DNA of 64,000 nucleotides from Eledone cirrhosa (Eukaryota): NCBI GenBank assembly GCA_964016885.1, contig OZ024743.1, positions 157,480,001 to 157,544,000 of the forward strand, read 5' to 3'. Shown piece by piece: positions 1 to 13,960 of this stretch (position 1 is its first letter; each line of letters starts with the position of its first letter). The notes under the pieces were generated by a model. It saw only the letters and a program-made list of their open reading frames with translations, ran no database searches and was not told where the DNA came from. The position numbers and the translations under genes were made by a program.

Positions 1-247
1 CTGATGAATGTATTTAAATGATTGTGCGATCTTCTCTCGTCGACGTTCTTCCTTTTCTCCTTTCTTCCTATCAAGTCTGCGGGCCAACACACTCCTAGCC
101 ACCAATTTCTATCCTTTGAGGTAAACTTCACCCGGCGCGCTGTCATTGACGGCATTTTGCCTTCTTAGCAGCTTCCTTGCTTTGAGTTCTTCCTTATATT
201 CTACGAATTCTAATACACTTGTGCTTCGGGCACGATATTCGAGATAA

Positions 248-297
<50 letters not shown>

Positions 298-299
<2 letters not shown>

Positions 300-565
300 A
301 GTCACGTGGCAAGGGTGTTGGACTTACGATCATAATGTCGTGACTTCGATTACTGGGTTGCGTGTTGTGTTCTTGAGCAAAACACTTCATTTCACGTTTC
401 TTCAGTATACTCATCTGAAAATGAGCACCAGCAATAACTGGGGGTTTAACCATGCGATGGACTGGCGTCCTGTCTAGTGGAGAGTCTTGTTACTCTCAGT
501 CGTTTCACGCCATGAAACCAGAATGAGCACCGGCCAAATGAGCCTGCTTGCTTAAGATAGACTAA
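298..565 (+). mobile_element. tRNA-derived SINE with CORE/Meta-like central domain
   Basis: Degenerate A/B-box head, GTGTTCTTGAGCAAAACACT central motif, GCGATGGACTGGCGTCCTGTC segment; flanked by (TA)n. Confidence 0.55.
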
Positions 566-936
566 TATATATATATATATATATATACTAGCATAATACA
601 CATAAATATGACGGGGTTTATACTAAAAATAGTCCTTCATTTAATGATTCCTTGATTACCACATTCTATATAAAGATGCTTGAATACTCCTTTTTTCTTG
701 GCCTTCTCTCTCTTATCACTTCAAATACCGTCGTATTTCATTTTATATTAATTTCAGTCAATTACAATATTTTTTACAATATTTTCTGTAATCATTATCC
801 AAAACTAGATACATTAATAAGTATACATAAATAGATAACTATAGACTGACAGTGAGGCAGGCAGGCAGGCAGGCAGATAGAGATGTTGGTAGAGAGGTGA
901 GTATGTAGGTAGATAGGTATGCAGGTAGGTAGGTAA

Positions 937-983
<47 letters not shown>

Positions 984-3000
984 CAATCAGAGGGTGTTCA
1001 ATTTCATATGAAGTACACTTAATTGTATGTCTGCACGTGCCGCCATCTTATCATTGTTGACTACGAAAAATTTGTACAAATATCTTGTTACCACACCTCC
1101 TTCATTGTTATAAAAAGACAATAGTTTTCCATTTAACTAAAATGTTTCATGTTTCTGCATATCTCTTTTTGTCATGAATCTTATAGCCATCCCATTTGTT
1201 TAACTAATATATTTAATATAATATAATTAAAGCCTGCTTCTATCATCTTCATATAGATGTATGATGTTCAAAGATATCTGTTGGACGATTCCATGTTAAG
1301 TATTAGCATTATGTATATAATTTAATAAATTATAAAATAGGTTTTTCGGCAAGAAAGGCGGCAAGTCATATCAGCGACAGACATAATGTGTTACCTTATT
1401 TTTTTCATTCTCGCTGTGATCTTATTTCAACTCCACCCCCACCCCCATATAGGTCAACTTAGCTTTCGGCCTTACTGGGTTGATTATGTTGTCTCTCCTT
1501 CTTTTTTCCATTTCTCTATCTCCCCCCCCCCCCCATCTCTCTCTATCTCACCCTCTCTCACATGTGGTTACGTTACGTTGTAAGATGAGTTGTGGAAGAC
1601 TACTGGCATCAAATATGGAACATTATGTTGTAGTACTGAAACGGTCCAAAAGCGGCCTGAATGGCATAGCAAAAATCACTAATAACTAAGACGACAGGAA
1701 GGCTAGATCATCGGACATACAAACCGAGTGCATACTATTATTGTAGTGAATGCGTCTCTCATACTTTCAGCTCATAAAACAACTTATCTCCAGGAGTGTA
1801 GAATAATATGGAACTGTAGTTAATTGCGCCTCTCGCAAACACTTACACACAAACGTTTCTTAGGAATAGTATATATTTATTTTAATTAATCCTTTCAGAT
1901 GTGGCCAAGGTGTATTAAGCCAGCACTTTCTTCACGGTATCTAAATATCTGGTGCCTATACATATCTATCGTTTATAATATTCTTACGGGAAAAACAAAA
2001 CCCAACAAGGTAATTAAACATGTGTTGTAGGTGTGAACGCTAAAAATACTAGCCTAAATACATGTTAAATTTCGCTTATTGTCTTAAAAAGGAAGTACAC
2101 ATTGAATGATATTGTCCTGGAAAGACAATATAAGACAGGGCGTTGTATTCACGTCGGATATGTCTTTTTTACAGTGTTGGTTCTACTGTAACTACAACAC
2201 ATTATACAAAATGAGGATCGAACGAAGGATCGAACTAAATCTCAAACATCTCGGTAAAGACTGCACACAGTTGTCCATATTTGCCGATTATAAAATAACA
2301 AAATAAGAATAAGTCGATGACATCAACGAAATAACAAGTTTATGTGCAATGTTAATGACAAACAAATATAACTACAGGCTAAATTGCACATGTTGTTATA
2401 AAATGCATTAAAGAGTGTAAATTAAAGAAAAAGATATAACTTGCATGCACTCACGTGTGAGCGTGTCTTGATATATTTGCATGATCAAAACTGTTTGAAG
2501 GGATGGGGAAGTGAATATATTCTGCACACGCATATAAACATGTATATGGTATGCGTGAGAAGTGCAAGAAAGGAAAAGGGAAAAAAAACAGTTAGTTTAT
2601 ACATTATTATCACAAAAACATTAATGTTTCACACCAGCAATGTCAAAATATACACTTTCATTATGGTTTTATACATTTGCACGCTCACGAATCTATAGTG
2701 AGAAACTAGCAATCCTAACTAGAAAATGTTTAACGCATTTGCATATATATTGCACAAATATATGCATATATATATATATATATTTGTGTGTATGTGTGTG
2801 TGTGTATACAATATATGATATATGCATACCTGCATATATACATGTGCATACGTACATGTATGTATGTATTTATATGTAAACACGCATAAAAAACATTCTA
2901 ATACATACATACATGTATCGAATTACATTGCTTAATAGCTTTCGCATATAAAATAGCTTTAACAGTTTTTTATGTATTCACTCTTCTATCAAAGAGCATT

Positions 3001-3704
3001 TTACGTATTACTTCGGTTCAATTTATGGCGATTGACATTTAAGTGGAATGGCCTCTGCAGAATCGAAAAGAGTTTGTGACCATTAGCACGGTTAGGTAAG
3101 TATCTATACAGTCCTCTGTATGAACTATTCATCTGCCTCGGGGAGACTGCGTATGTAGTTGACGATAAAGGTCTTGTCCCATTCCTAAGATAACCGGGAC
3201 GATTTCTTTGGTGTTTTTTGTAACTTCGAATTTTCCAATTCCTTTTAATACAAAGACGTCTATTTTGCCGTTTCCATTTCAAGCAGCGTCGCTTTTTATA
3301 CCAACTTAATGGTTTCATGGTGTCGAGTGGATTTGTAGTAACAGTTAGTACGCGATTATTGGCTAATTTCGCCAACATTGGTGACGTAACATTTCTCGTC
3401 TGCTCGGCTAAATTCCACTCTGATTCGATATCATTATATTTGTTTAAGTAAACATTAGCATCGTTGTAACTTTTGAAAGTGCTGGGATTCAATCGCATCT
3501 GTTCTGGTGCTATTCTGAGAGCATTATTATCACTGATGCAAACATTTTCGCATATTTCTTTGCTTGTGAAGCGGTTCCGATTTCCAGCACATCCACTGTA
3601 ATGGAACCAACTACATTGCTCAGAATGTCGATTGAAATACCATCGTACTAATCGAGCTTCACATTTTCCATGGTCAGGAGGTAGCTTGCAAATTTTGGAG
3701 TTAA
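3001..3704 (-). CDS. Terminal coding exon: BPTI/Kunitz protease-inhibitor domain plus ~180-aa basic tail
   Basis: Acceptor ttttctctttcag directly upstream of 3704 on the minus strand. Phase-1 translation NSKICKLPPDHGKCEARLVRWYFNRHSEQCSWFHYSGCAGNRNRFTSKEICENVC has canonical 6-Cys Kunitz spacing and continues in frame into ORF 3001..3498, ending at TAA. Confidence 0.93.
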
Positions 3705-3787
3705 CTGAAAGAGAAAATTATAAACAGCTATAACAAAATCCTGTGAAAAATATGCTTGCACTGGCATACACACACACACGTATGTGT

Positions 3788-3861
<74 letters not shown>

Positions 3862-3888
3862 CATCAACAACATATATATATATATATA

Positions 3889-4069
3889 TCCAAATTCAAT
3901 AAACAGACCAGGATTTTTTCATTCTGAGGATTGAAAGCAAAATCTTTTGCTTTTAAGAAACCACTGGTAAATGGAATAATTGCCTTATTTTGTTTATTAC
4001 ATAACTATTAAGCTCTGTTACCTACATAGAGCACTCTTTTTTCCTGGACTTTTCCGACGGAATTACTTC

Positions 4070-4072
<3 letters not shown>
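3889..4072 (+). mobile_element. Non-coding hammerhead mini-element (PLE pLTR/retrozyme-like) in (TA)n
   Basis: ~185 bp unique segment between (TA)n tracts; contains an intact hammerhead and CATAGAGCAC at 4025-4034. Confidence 0.75.
3917..3976 (+). ncRNA. Type I hammerhead ribozyme
   Basis: ttcatt-CTGAGGA-ttgaaagcaaa/tttgcttttaa (stem II)-GAAA-ccactgg-TA-aatgga; stem I pairs; GUA cleavage triplet. Confidence 0.85.
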
Positions 4073-4144
<72 letters not shown>

Positions 4145-5291
4145 CGTGGTTGAACGCGCGGTTTTTCTTTCATGCCGAACAGTGGTCCGCAATATGTTAT
4201 TTTTTTAAGGAATAATACATATGCTTAGAGCGTGCTGGTACTGCTGTACCTTTGCTTTACGGTAGATTGTACCTAGGTATTTGGACTCAAATCTCTATAA
4301 TGTAATCTCGCAGTTGTTGAGGAACCAAACACAAGATGCCGTCATCTTGTATTTTGGTTTCTCAATGTGCTTGTAAGTATCATCTGCCTCTCTTCACATT
4401 TAAAGCAGACACCTGGCTGTATGTTGAACATGTATTTTGTACAGATTCTTCATTTCTTAAACACTGAAGAAGTTTTAAGCTCTGGACTGAAGATCTTGTG
4501 TTTTAGATTCAATTTTGCGTACGTGCATTGATGATATATGTCTGCGAACAGATATAGAAGAATGAATGATACTACCGTCTCCTTAGAAATGTGTTGATTT
4601 TCTTTTCTAGTCAGAGCTAAACGTACCGATGACTTTTTGTATCTTTGAAACAGGTGGGGAGACTGGGAGGAGGAACAACAACGTATCAGTTGATGTAGTA
4701 GGTAGCAATAATGCATGTATCCCTAAACTGAAAACTTGCTTAAATTCTAGCAATAGTGTGGTCTAGGTTATGTATCAAAGTTTCAGGTGGGGATGGTAAA
4801 CCAGTGGAGAAATTAAAGTAGAATCAACTTTGAATAGAGTGAGACAAGTAGGAAGGGCATAAGCTGATCTTAAGGCACATCATAATTGATATAGTATAAG
4901 CTGGATTGAGCCTGTCAACTTACGCATAGAAGAACGCTCTAGGAGGAAACTCTGAATCTAAGCGATGAAACATGAATCTACTCCAGTCGAAGGATTTTCT
5001 GGTGGAAATGACAACAGCGATGCTTTCTCTACAGTTATTAAAAGCAAGATATAACCATATTACGGCGAAGTAAAGCTGACCACCTGTTGGTTTTGAAGAT
5101 AGGAAAATACTGATGAAGTTTAAATAGAAGGTTATTATAATGGTGCCTATTAAAATGTTCGGATTGAAGGTAATAAATCCTTAAATTGCTTGACTACGAA
5201 ACGTTCTCCAAAATCAGATTTACTTAAATTGTAATAGAAATTGACTATAGTAATAAACGTTATATCGATGATATAAATTTGATATTTTTAC

Positions 5292-5397
5292 CTGGTTTCT
5301 GTTTTTTAAAGATGCAAACAGGTATAGACATTTTGTGAGGTACTATCAAGTGCTGGATCACACATATCTTGTCATATGGACACATTTTGCCGTAAGC
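5292..5397 (-). CDS. Internal exon of the Kunitz gene (AYGKMCPYDKICVIQHLIVPHKMSIPVCIFKKQKP)
   Basis: ttttaacgcag acceptor, CAG|gtaaaa donor, 106 nt, open frame; phase 0->1 matches the Kunitz exon. Confidence 0.85.
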
Positions 5398-6602
5398 CTG
5401 CGTTAAAAGATAACATGGAAGAATTATGTAAAAACGGTGTGAAGGCTTACATATGAATTATTGTTATATGTAGAACGTAATAATTGATTAAGAAAATTTA
5501 ATAACAAAAGCAAGCCAAGGAGGGTGCATTTACATGTTTATTCGACCTGATAGTTATTTTCTGAATTGGGGATTGCCTTGGAATAAAAAACAGCCACAAC
5601 AACATTATTAATCTTACATATCGCTATTGTTCTGAAACCGCATTTAAACAAAAGCTTCATATATTTTGTTATGGAAGAAGGTCACACGATTTTATGACGA
5701 CACAAAAGTTTTCTGAGATATTGTTGTATTTCCGAAGAATATTGGCAGGGAATTGATTTCGTTCATGAAGAAAAGTGACGCAAGCATACTTATCACCAAG
5801 TGGATTGATGTACACTCTGGAGTTACTCATATTGGTTAGTAGACAAACAACTTAGTTGAATGATATGGTTGTGATTTGATGATAACTGAAAAAGTGACCT
5901 CATTTGTGGGTGATAATATGCTATTATCGAGAAACCCGTTTTGGAGTATGTTAAACAAACTAACTGTATGTATATAAAACAAACTAACTGTATTTCATAG
6001 TGTTCTGAATGACATACCATCACATTTCAATGTTTATATCATTTTTTGAAAGAACATAACACTTATTAAATGCCATGGAATTGTTGGAAAATATCATTTC
6101 TGTGGCTGTCTGTGTCAGTGTGTTTATGTATGTTTGCGTGTGTGTGTGTGCGCGCACGAGTATGTGTACATGAAATGTGTGCATGTGAGTGTCTATGTTG
6201 GTGATATTAACTCTTGTTAACACAATAAAAGAGACACGAGTATGAGCCCATAGTTAAGCAGCTCGCTTTACAATCTTTTGGTACCAGGTTCACACACACA
6301 ATACGATGCTTTTGGAGACAATATCTTGTACTTACCCTTAGGTTAATCCAAGCCTTAGGTGTGAAATTAAATGGACGTGCAGTAATGGATTATAGCGGTA
6401 GTACATGACCACAGTCTTATCATAGTATCTATCACATTAATTGTTGCTGAGAAGCAAATGTCCAAGTGTTTTTAGAATACACCAACACTTGCAATATGTT
6501 CTTGTGCCTAGGTAGAACCGATGAGAGATCACCTGGAAAATTCATTAGTCAAAACCTACACAAGAACCATTTACCATTACTCCTTAAAATTATTAAAGTT
6601 AC

Positions 6603-6653
6603 CTCGCATTTTTTCTTCGCTGCTTCTCCTCGACTGTATCTTTGTGCAGAAGC
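6603..6653 (-). CDS. Internal exon of the Kunitz gene (ASAQRYSRGEAAKKKCE)
   Basis: Strong polypyrimidine acceptor ttgtttactttccag, GAG|gtaact donor, 51 nt, phase 0->0. ASA-Q resembles a signal-peptide cleavage site. Confidence 0.8.
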
Positions 6654-6791
6654 CTGGAAAGTAAACAAGAAATAGAAAAAAGTATTAATAATGTTTCATT
6701 CTCACTAGACATACGCTTGAACTGGGTACATTTTGTTGTTGAACTAGAGAGGTTATCTAATACTTGACGTAACTAGAGTACATTCTATATC

Positions 6792-6929
<138 letters not shown>

Positions 6930-7333
6930 AAAGACGATATATATATATATATATATGTGCGTGTGTGTGTGTGTGTGTGTATACATAGGGAAACAGAGAT
7001 AAATATATATATATATGCGTATATGCTTGTGTGCATGTGGTGTGTGTGCCAATAATTCTTTAATTGCATACCTAGCTTACAGGTAGACAGGTGACAATAC
7101 CGATCTCTTCTATATCAGATATTATCATCTATATTAGATATGTTATATCTAACAAAATATATCCTTAAGAGGAAACATTTATCACAGAATATCAGATGGA
7201 GAATCGGATTATATTTCGCAATGCCTGAATACATATTCTATGAATTGAACATTGCACTCAAATAAGAAATGTTTATCAAGTCAGGTGAGCTTTATATATA
7301 GCCGTGTGCGTGCGTCTGTGTGCGTCTGTGCAA

Positions 7334-7479
7334 GTGTGCGCGTGTGTGTGTTTATAAAAATTCATGTCTTTGAAATTCACGAAAAAGGGTTATAATTTTT
7401 GAATTTATATGCTCCCTCTCTCGTACACACACACAGAGACACACACATACACACACATACACACACACACATACACACA

Positions 7480-7550
<71 letters not shown>

Positions 7551-7584
7551 ATACACACATATATATACACATATATATATACAT

Positions 7585-7640
<56 letters not shown>

Positions 7641-7759
7641 ATGTGTGTGTGTGTATGTGTGTGTCTGTGTGTGTGTGCACGAGAGAGGGAGCATATGAAT
7701 TCAAAAATTATAACCCTTTCTCGTGAATTTCAAAGACATGAATTTTTATAAACACACAC

Positions 7760-7769
<10 letters not shown>
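7334..7769. repeat. Fold-back inverted repeat enclosing mirrored CA/TA/TG microsatellites
   Basis: 7350-7425 is the near-perfect reverse complement of 7678-7753; the internal microsatellites are also mirrored. Confidence 0.85.
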
Positions 7770-7829
<60 letters not shown>

Positions 7830-7831
<2 letters not shown>

Positions 7832-8616
7832 TGAGAGAGAGAGAGAGGGGGAGAGAATGAGGGGGAGAGAGTCAGTGGTGCTGATACCGTGGAAACCACT
7901 AATCATGGGAGTACTCAACGTATGGAGGGATATAGAGTGGGTATACAGATATGTAAAATCCCGACCGCGGCACCAAGTGGTTTCAGCTTGTGTGATGAGC
8001 AAGCCTTTTGATGGTGTCGTAATATTTGTAGGGTGTGTAAAAATAGATCACTAGTTTTGGTAGGGCTTTGGAAGAATTTATCATAGAAGTAAACTAGGCT
8101 GATAGAGAAAGTCGGTGGGGCAGAGAATGGTAAGTGTATCTGGACAGGCAAGGGGCCAGGAGAAGGAAGTAGTGTGGTTGGGATAGGGATGGTTATGGGT
8201 ATGAGTGAAGTAGGAGAGAAAGGGGTATAATAGTCATAGGAATAGAGGGTGGGGGTGAGAGGTAAGGTTATGTATAGAGAGGGCTTAGAGACTGAAGGAG
8301 TATTTTTAAGAAAGGAATAAAATTAAAAGTAAAAATTGGCTTATATAGAAGTAAATGAACAAATGGTTAAGTAAATTAGTAAATAGGATAAAATAAGACC
8401 AAGTAAAATATAAAGGTTTAGAATAGCTAAAGTGGATAATAAGGGTTGGTAACCAGTGATAAAGTGTGTGTATTATGTATATGCATACTGCATTCACCCA
8501 AGCACACACATGTATACTGGGGTGTCTTAGAAGGTTTTACATAGAAATGCATGAATAAATGAATTAATAATTAATGCATACATCTAATAAATATACTTTA
8601 TCACTGGTTACCAACC
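7830..8616 (-). mobile_element. Degenerate PLE pLTR-like element with decayed hammerhead and 5' fold-back
   Basis: Minus strand: gcttg/caagc stem II, GAAA, ccac...gcggTC (7958-8017); TTGAGTAC at 7911-7918; 22-bp inverted repeat 8443-8464/8595-8616. 8280-8370 resembles 22050-22140. Confidence 0.55.
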
Positions 8617-10026
8617 GGAGGCCTGGAAAAGCATCTAAGTGATTGCAATCGTGACTGACAATCACAATTTTGAAAAAAGAAAACAAGAGAGATTGCTCCA
8701 ATTATAGAAGGATCTCCTTGTTAAGGCTCTCCGGTAAAGTCTATGTTAAATGCCTGGCAAAGAAACCAAAGAGAATTGTCCAACCAATGCTAGATTATGA
8801 ACAGTGTGGTTTTTGCTCTGGATCCAATACAGCCGACTAAATATTCACACTACGGCAGATTTTTGAGAAGTCGTAGGAGTACTGCCAAGAGGTGTATCTT
8901 TGCTTTGTGCACCACGAAAGGCATACGACGGCGTTCCACTGAACCTGTCGTGGAAGGTTCTACAGGTGTAGGGGACAGCTTCCTGTTGCTCTGATGTCTC
9001 TGTACGAATGCCCTAGCATTTGAGTTCGGGAAAATTGTGCTAAATCTAAACCATTGATTGTGGAAATCGGATTCTACCAAGGGTTGTACTATTACCTTTC
9101 ATGTTCATAATTTTCATGAACAGAATGAACATGCACAGCCGTAATGGGTGTAGTATTGAAACTGGTGGCTGTAGAATCCGTCGACTGGAATTTACAGACA
9201 ACATGGTATTACTTAACTCATCAGAAGGTGATCTCCGACATGCACATAATAGGTCTAATATCGAGTACTGCACGGCTGGAATGAAAATTAGTGTTGCAAA
9301 CACTGAGGCACTCGGCTTCTCAAGGAAGCCTGATCAGTGCATTCTACCTGTAAATGGAGTTCCACTGAAGCAGATGAAGACGTTTAAATATCTCGGAGAC
9401 ATGCTCACAAGTGATGGAAGGCAGGAGACGGAATTAAGTGCAAGAATTGCACGTGCTGGTGCAATAAATCGCTTGCTTCAGCATTCGGTCATCAGAATAA
9501 GGGACGTAGGTGTAAAAGCCAAACTCTCTATCTTCAATTCGGTATTATTGCAAATCCTTACCTACGGTCATGTATCTTGGGTAATGACCGAAAGAATACG
9601 ATCGTGAATACAAGCGGCCGAAATGGGGTCCTCCGAAGGGTCTTTGGAATAACGTTACTCAATAGAGTGCGTAGCTAGATCACATCTCCAATACTATGGG
9701 CATGTTGTTAGAATGTCTTAGGGGAGAATTGCTGGTGAAATTCTACAAGTAAAGTTAACCGGTAGGAGATGCAATGGTCCACACCGAGCAACATCCAGTG
9801 GTACACCATAAGCTCGTCTGGTCTCGCTTGGGGATCCAGCCTGATCAATTAGTGACGGTTGCTTCTGACAGGACACGTTGAAAGGCATATTTGAGGACAC
9901 CAAGGACTCTCCAAAGAAGAAGAAGAAGAAGAAGAAGAAGAAGAAGAAGAAGAAGAAGAAGAAGAAGAAGAAGAAGAAGAAGAAGAAGAAGAAGAAGAAG
10001 AAGAAGAAGAAGAAGAAGAAGAAGAA
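8617..10026 (+). mobile_element. 5'-truncated degenerate RTE-clade LINE with (GAA)n tail
   Basis: NYRxISLL, EQCGF, FTDN (degenerate FADD), FKYLG and LTYGHxSW motifs; GAA tail at ~9915-10025. Confidence 0.85.
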
Positions 10027-11439
10027 TGATCACGGCTAGAATTCACTTGATCGCACATGCCTTAAATAAGGAAAGAACTCGATCTAATGAACAACTACAT
10101 GTTGCTGAAAAGAGTTTGATTCTTTGATAATAATCGCTATTGATGATTGATGAGATAGCAAAACACCTGGGAATCTTTACACAATAAATCATATATCTAG
10201 TACTTTTTTCACGCCGTAACATTACCGCCGACCCGTTCTTTGAATGCGTCACGAAAACATTTCCCCGAACCATCAGCATATTTCGTCTGGAATTTCCTAT
10301 AACTGAAAATATGAAGAAGACAAGACATTGCAGTCTACATAGTTAACAATCCCAGCTAAGAAAACTAGAGACAATATTTATTACATAAATTATGTTTATT
10401 CTTAAATATTCACACTTTCCTATTGCAATACCGTACTGTGCCTAATAGTAATTACATAACGCTGTCCAACAAAGGTGCCTAATTTATAGTTATGAAGTGT
10501 AAACACTGTGGAAGACACAATACATATGAGATAGAAATATCAGTTGTTCTTTTATCGATTTTAATCCTTAGAATGTAGCCATGCTGGAGCATCATATTGA
10601 TGGGTTTTACTTGATAATATCAACCACAGTACATATTATTTGTGGAGGCTCGTACATATTATATCAATCCGTTTTTATCAAACCGCTATCATACAGGACA
10701 TAAACAATCATAAAAACGCACACACACACACACACCCACACGCATATATATATATATGCATGCGTGTGTGTGAGTATATCCAGCTCTCTACCTTTCTCTC
10801 TCTCTCTATATATATATATATATACACAACGGGCTTCCACACCGTTTCCATGTATTTCCGTGTACCAAATTTAATTAGCAAAGCGTTTATATCTCTGAAA
10901 AATATATCAAGTCAAAATAATAGGGAAATAGTATCCTTAATTTGTAAAATTCACTAAACTGAAATATAATTTCAAAACATGACCATTTATAAAATCAAGG
11001 AAATAGGCCATAAGTTCAAAGCGATGTGTTATTCTGATAAAAATATTGATTTTACTAGGCTCGAAATCATGAATTCACAGGGAAGGAAAAATAGGATATC
11101 TTTAACTTCATGCTTTTGCGTAAGTGTGACACTATTTGGCTTAGTGAAATGCCTCCAACTGAGAATCGAAATTGTTTCAGCGACTTAATGTACAGAGAAC
11201 TTAAAATATTTCTGTTTAACGAATCTCTTCGAGAAGAGAACAGTATTATTTTATTTTGATTACCCAACAGGTATGACTCTGGTGTAAAACATTACAGTTT
11301 GCTTCGCAACAAAATCGTTCTAGATTATATTCCACTGCACGCCACCTTGAGCGAGTTTTAATAAACAAAGACTGTGGAAGCACGTCTTACATACACACAC
11401 ACACACACATACATACACACACAGGCAAAAGATTTGTGC

Positions 11440-11950
11440 AAAACTAGTTACCAAATACTTGTTTGTGGGGCCAAAAGCGAGTCACTTTGAAATTTGTCAG
11501 AATTTTCTAGAAAGAGTTGAAATTGAGTCAAATTATTTAATAAAGTAATAGGAGATGTATCATGGGTGTTCGAGTATGATCCAGAGACGAAGCGGCAAAG
11601 TGATGAGTGGCACACAAAAAGTTCTCTTCGCCGAAAAATTTGACAGCCATAATATTTTTTATAAACAATGTTGCCTCCAGGACAGACAGTTAATCGGAGC
11701 TTCCTCAAAGATATCTTGAAAAATGGGTCCAGTGAGTCTGAAAATGCATTGCAGATTAGGTACTGCTCCACGATAATGCGCTTACTCACACACCACTTTC
11801 AATTAGATATAGCTTCATATGATTTCTAGCTCTTCCCTCAATTGAAATCGAAGTTGAAGGGTCACCATTTTAAACATTGTAACACTCACAGAAAATGACA
11901 TCGGTACTGCTACGATCTTGAAAAAACGTTGGTATCTCTGTGTGACTTCC
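11440..11950 (+). mobile_element. Mariner transposase remnant
   Basis: GDVSWVFEYDPETKRQSDEW, LLHDNA and DFxLFPQLK motifs in broken frames. Confidence 0.85.
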
Positions 11951-13631
11951 CAAGGTTCGTATTGTGAATGAGATAATTTGTAATTTCATATACGTCTAAT
12001 ATACATTTGTATAAACTATCAGTACTCATATGTATGCGGTTCAATTGCTAATAGTGGCCTATGGCATATGTTTCCGTCTTTAAGTGTCTTCACCCTAATT
12101 TATAAGCTATTTCATACAACCTCCGCGCAAGAGCACACCATTATATATATATACATATGTGTGTGTATGCGTGCAGGGGGGGTGGGGGGCATGTATATAT
12201 GTATGCATGTGTATGTGTGTGTGTGCCTGTATTTCTGTACACAGGCAAAAGTTAAATTGTTACCTTAACGTGGTATTTATTCCACCCGAGTTTCACATAC
12301 GTACACTCCCTTTCTTTTTTCTTTCTATCTTGTCGATAATACAGCGAACCAGTGATTTGGCTGTTGAAATGATTTAAACAACTACGCTATTTTCCCAAAT
12401 GCATGTTTTCTAAAAAATATATATATATTTATGAGATAATAGAAGAGGTAAGCTCTTACCAAATTGAGTTTTATAGTAGTTTCTTCGCTTATTCTGTTTA
12501 ATGACAACTAGAAATGCATTAACATCCCAGCAAGTATTATACCATTCCTTGGAGCTAATTTCTTTCGGAAAATAACACTGCTCACGAAATATAAATCAAC
12601 TTACACTAGTTATCATGCTCGGTCATGAAATAAATATTATCCTTTGTAATTTTTTAATATAAATGGACGGCGTTTTTTGTTTTTTTTACCTTTTCTCTAG
12701 TTATTAAAGTTGTATGTGAAATAAAATACTTTCAGGTGAAATTGAATCCAGGAACATATCAGACGCTCTGTATGCTTTTTTCAATATCATGCTGGAAATA
12801 TTAAATTACGCTTTATACATGAAGAATGTAATTTAGGGGTTAATTGGGGAAGCGTATTAAACGAATGGGCTAATTCTTAAGATTTTATGGCAAATATATA
12901 CTATAGTGCCAAATATACCAAATTTAAGAATACACATCTCAATAAGTTCACATTTTATATTGCTGTTTTTATATTAGCGCCAAATTAGATGCAAAACATG
13001 GCGTCGCATTCAACCTATAAAAAGTTGAATAATATAACATATTTATTTTCCTCGGATGAAATATACTTCATTCTAAATGTTTATGATTCCTTCAAAAGAA
13101 AGTGGAAATTTAGTTACTAAATTGATATTCAAACGAAAGACGCAAAGCTACTGAAAAAATATTAAAGATAAACTCCAATGAAATTTATATGATGTAAAAT
13201 AGTAGGTCATTTATATTCATTTGTTAAAAAAAGGTGTAGAGCTTTAGTGAATATGTGACTAGTTTCTATATTTAATAACTGTTCCTTTTTGCCTTTGCCG
13301 GCGTATAATATAACAAAAACTTTCAAATTTAAAGAGAAAAACTGAAAATAGAATATGAGCATAATGATAATATTATACATATTTCTGTATATATTCGGTA
13401 ATGAATAAGGCATACATACTTCAAAGCATATATTCATACGACGCTACGAACATGCAAACAATCTAATATATACAAAACATGTATGTATGGTCCGGGACTT
13501 TTACAAAGAATGTTTAATACCATGTGATTGTAATCTATTGGGAAAAGTGTGAAATATGTACATTTGTGTTTTAGTAAACATGTTTTTGCACATATAAGCT
13601 CGCATATTATGAAATATTATGAAATATATGG

Positions 13632-13760
13632 TTCCTTTACGATCTGAGTTCAAATCCCGCCGAGGTTGACTTTGCCTTTCATCCTTACTGGGTCGATAAA
13701 ATAAAGTACCAGTAATGCACTGGGTGATTGCTGGCCTTGTGCCTAAAGTAGAAACAATTA
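13632..13760 (+). mobile_element. 5'-truncated octopus-type tRNA SINE with TSD
   Basis: Matches the 3' part of the SINE at 22265; ATTATGAAATATATGGT duplicated at 13616-13632 and 13757-13773. Confidence 0.85.
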
Positions 13761-13960
13761 TGAAATATATGGTATAAAATATTATTATTTCTCTTTTTTA
13801 ATTTGCTGTAAATCCAGCATTGAATTTTCTATTCCTATTTTACTAACAATCGTACACACGCACACACAATCGCACACACTCACACACACACATATATATA
13901 CATATATACATATATATGTGTACACACATACATATACTTAAATATATATATATATATATA

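Noticed and set aside
1-60. CTGATGA at the window start as a hammerhead core
   Set aside because: No stem II or GAAA follows.
4440-5200. ORF 4450..4716 as an extra exon or gene
   Set aside because: Lies within an intron already closed by compatible phases; probably decayed TE, with no identifiable motif.
10225-10302. Candidate upstream exon of the Kunitz gene
   Set aside because: Good acceptor and phase-compatible donor, but the peptide is not signal-like and there is no independent support.
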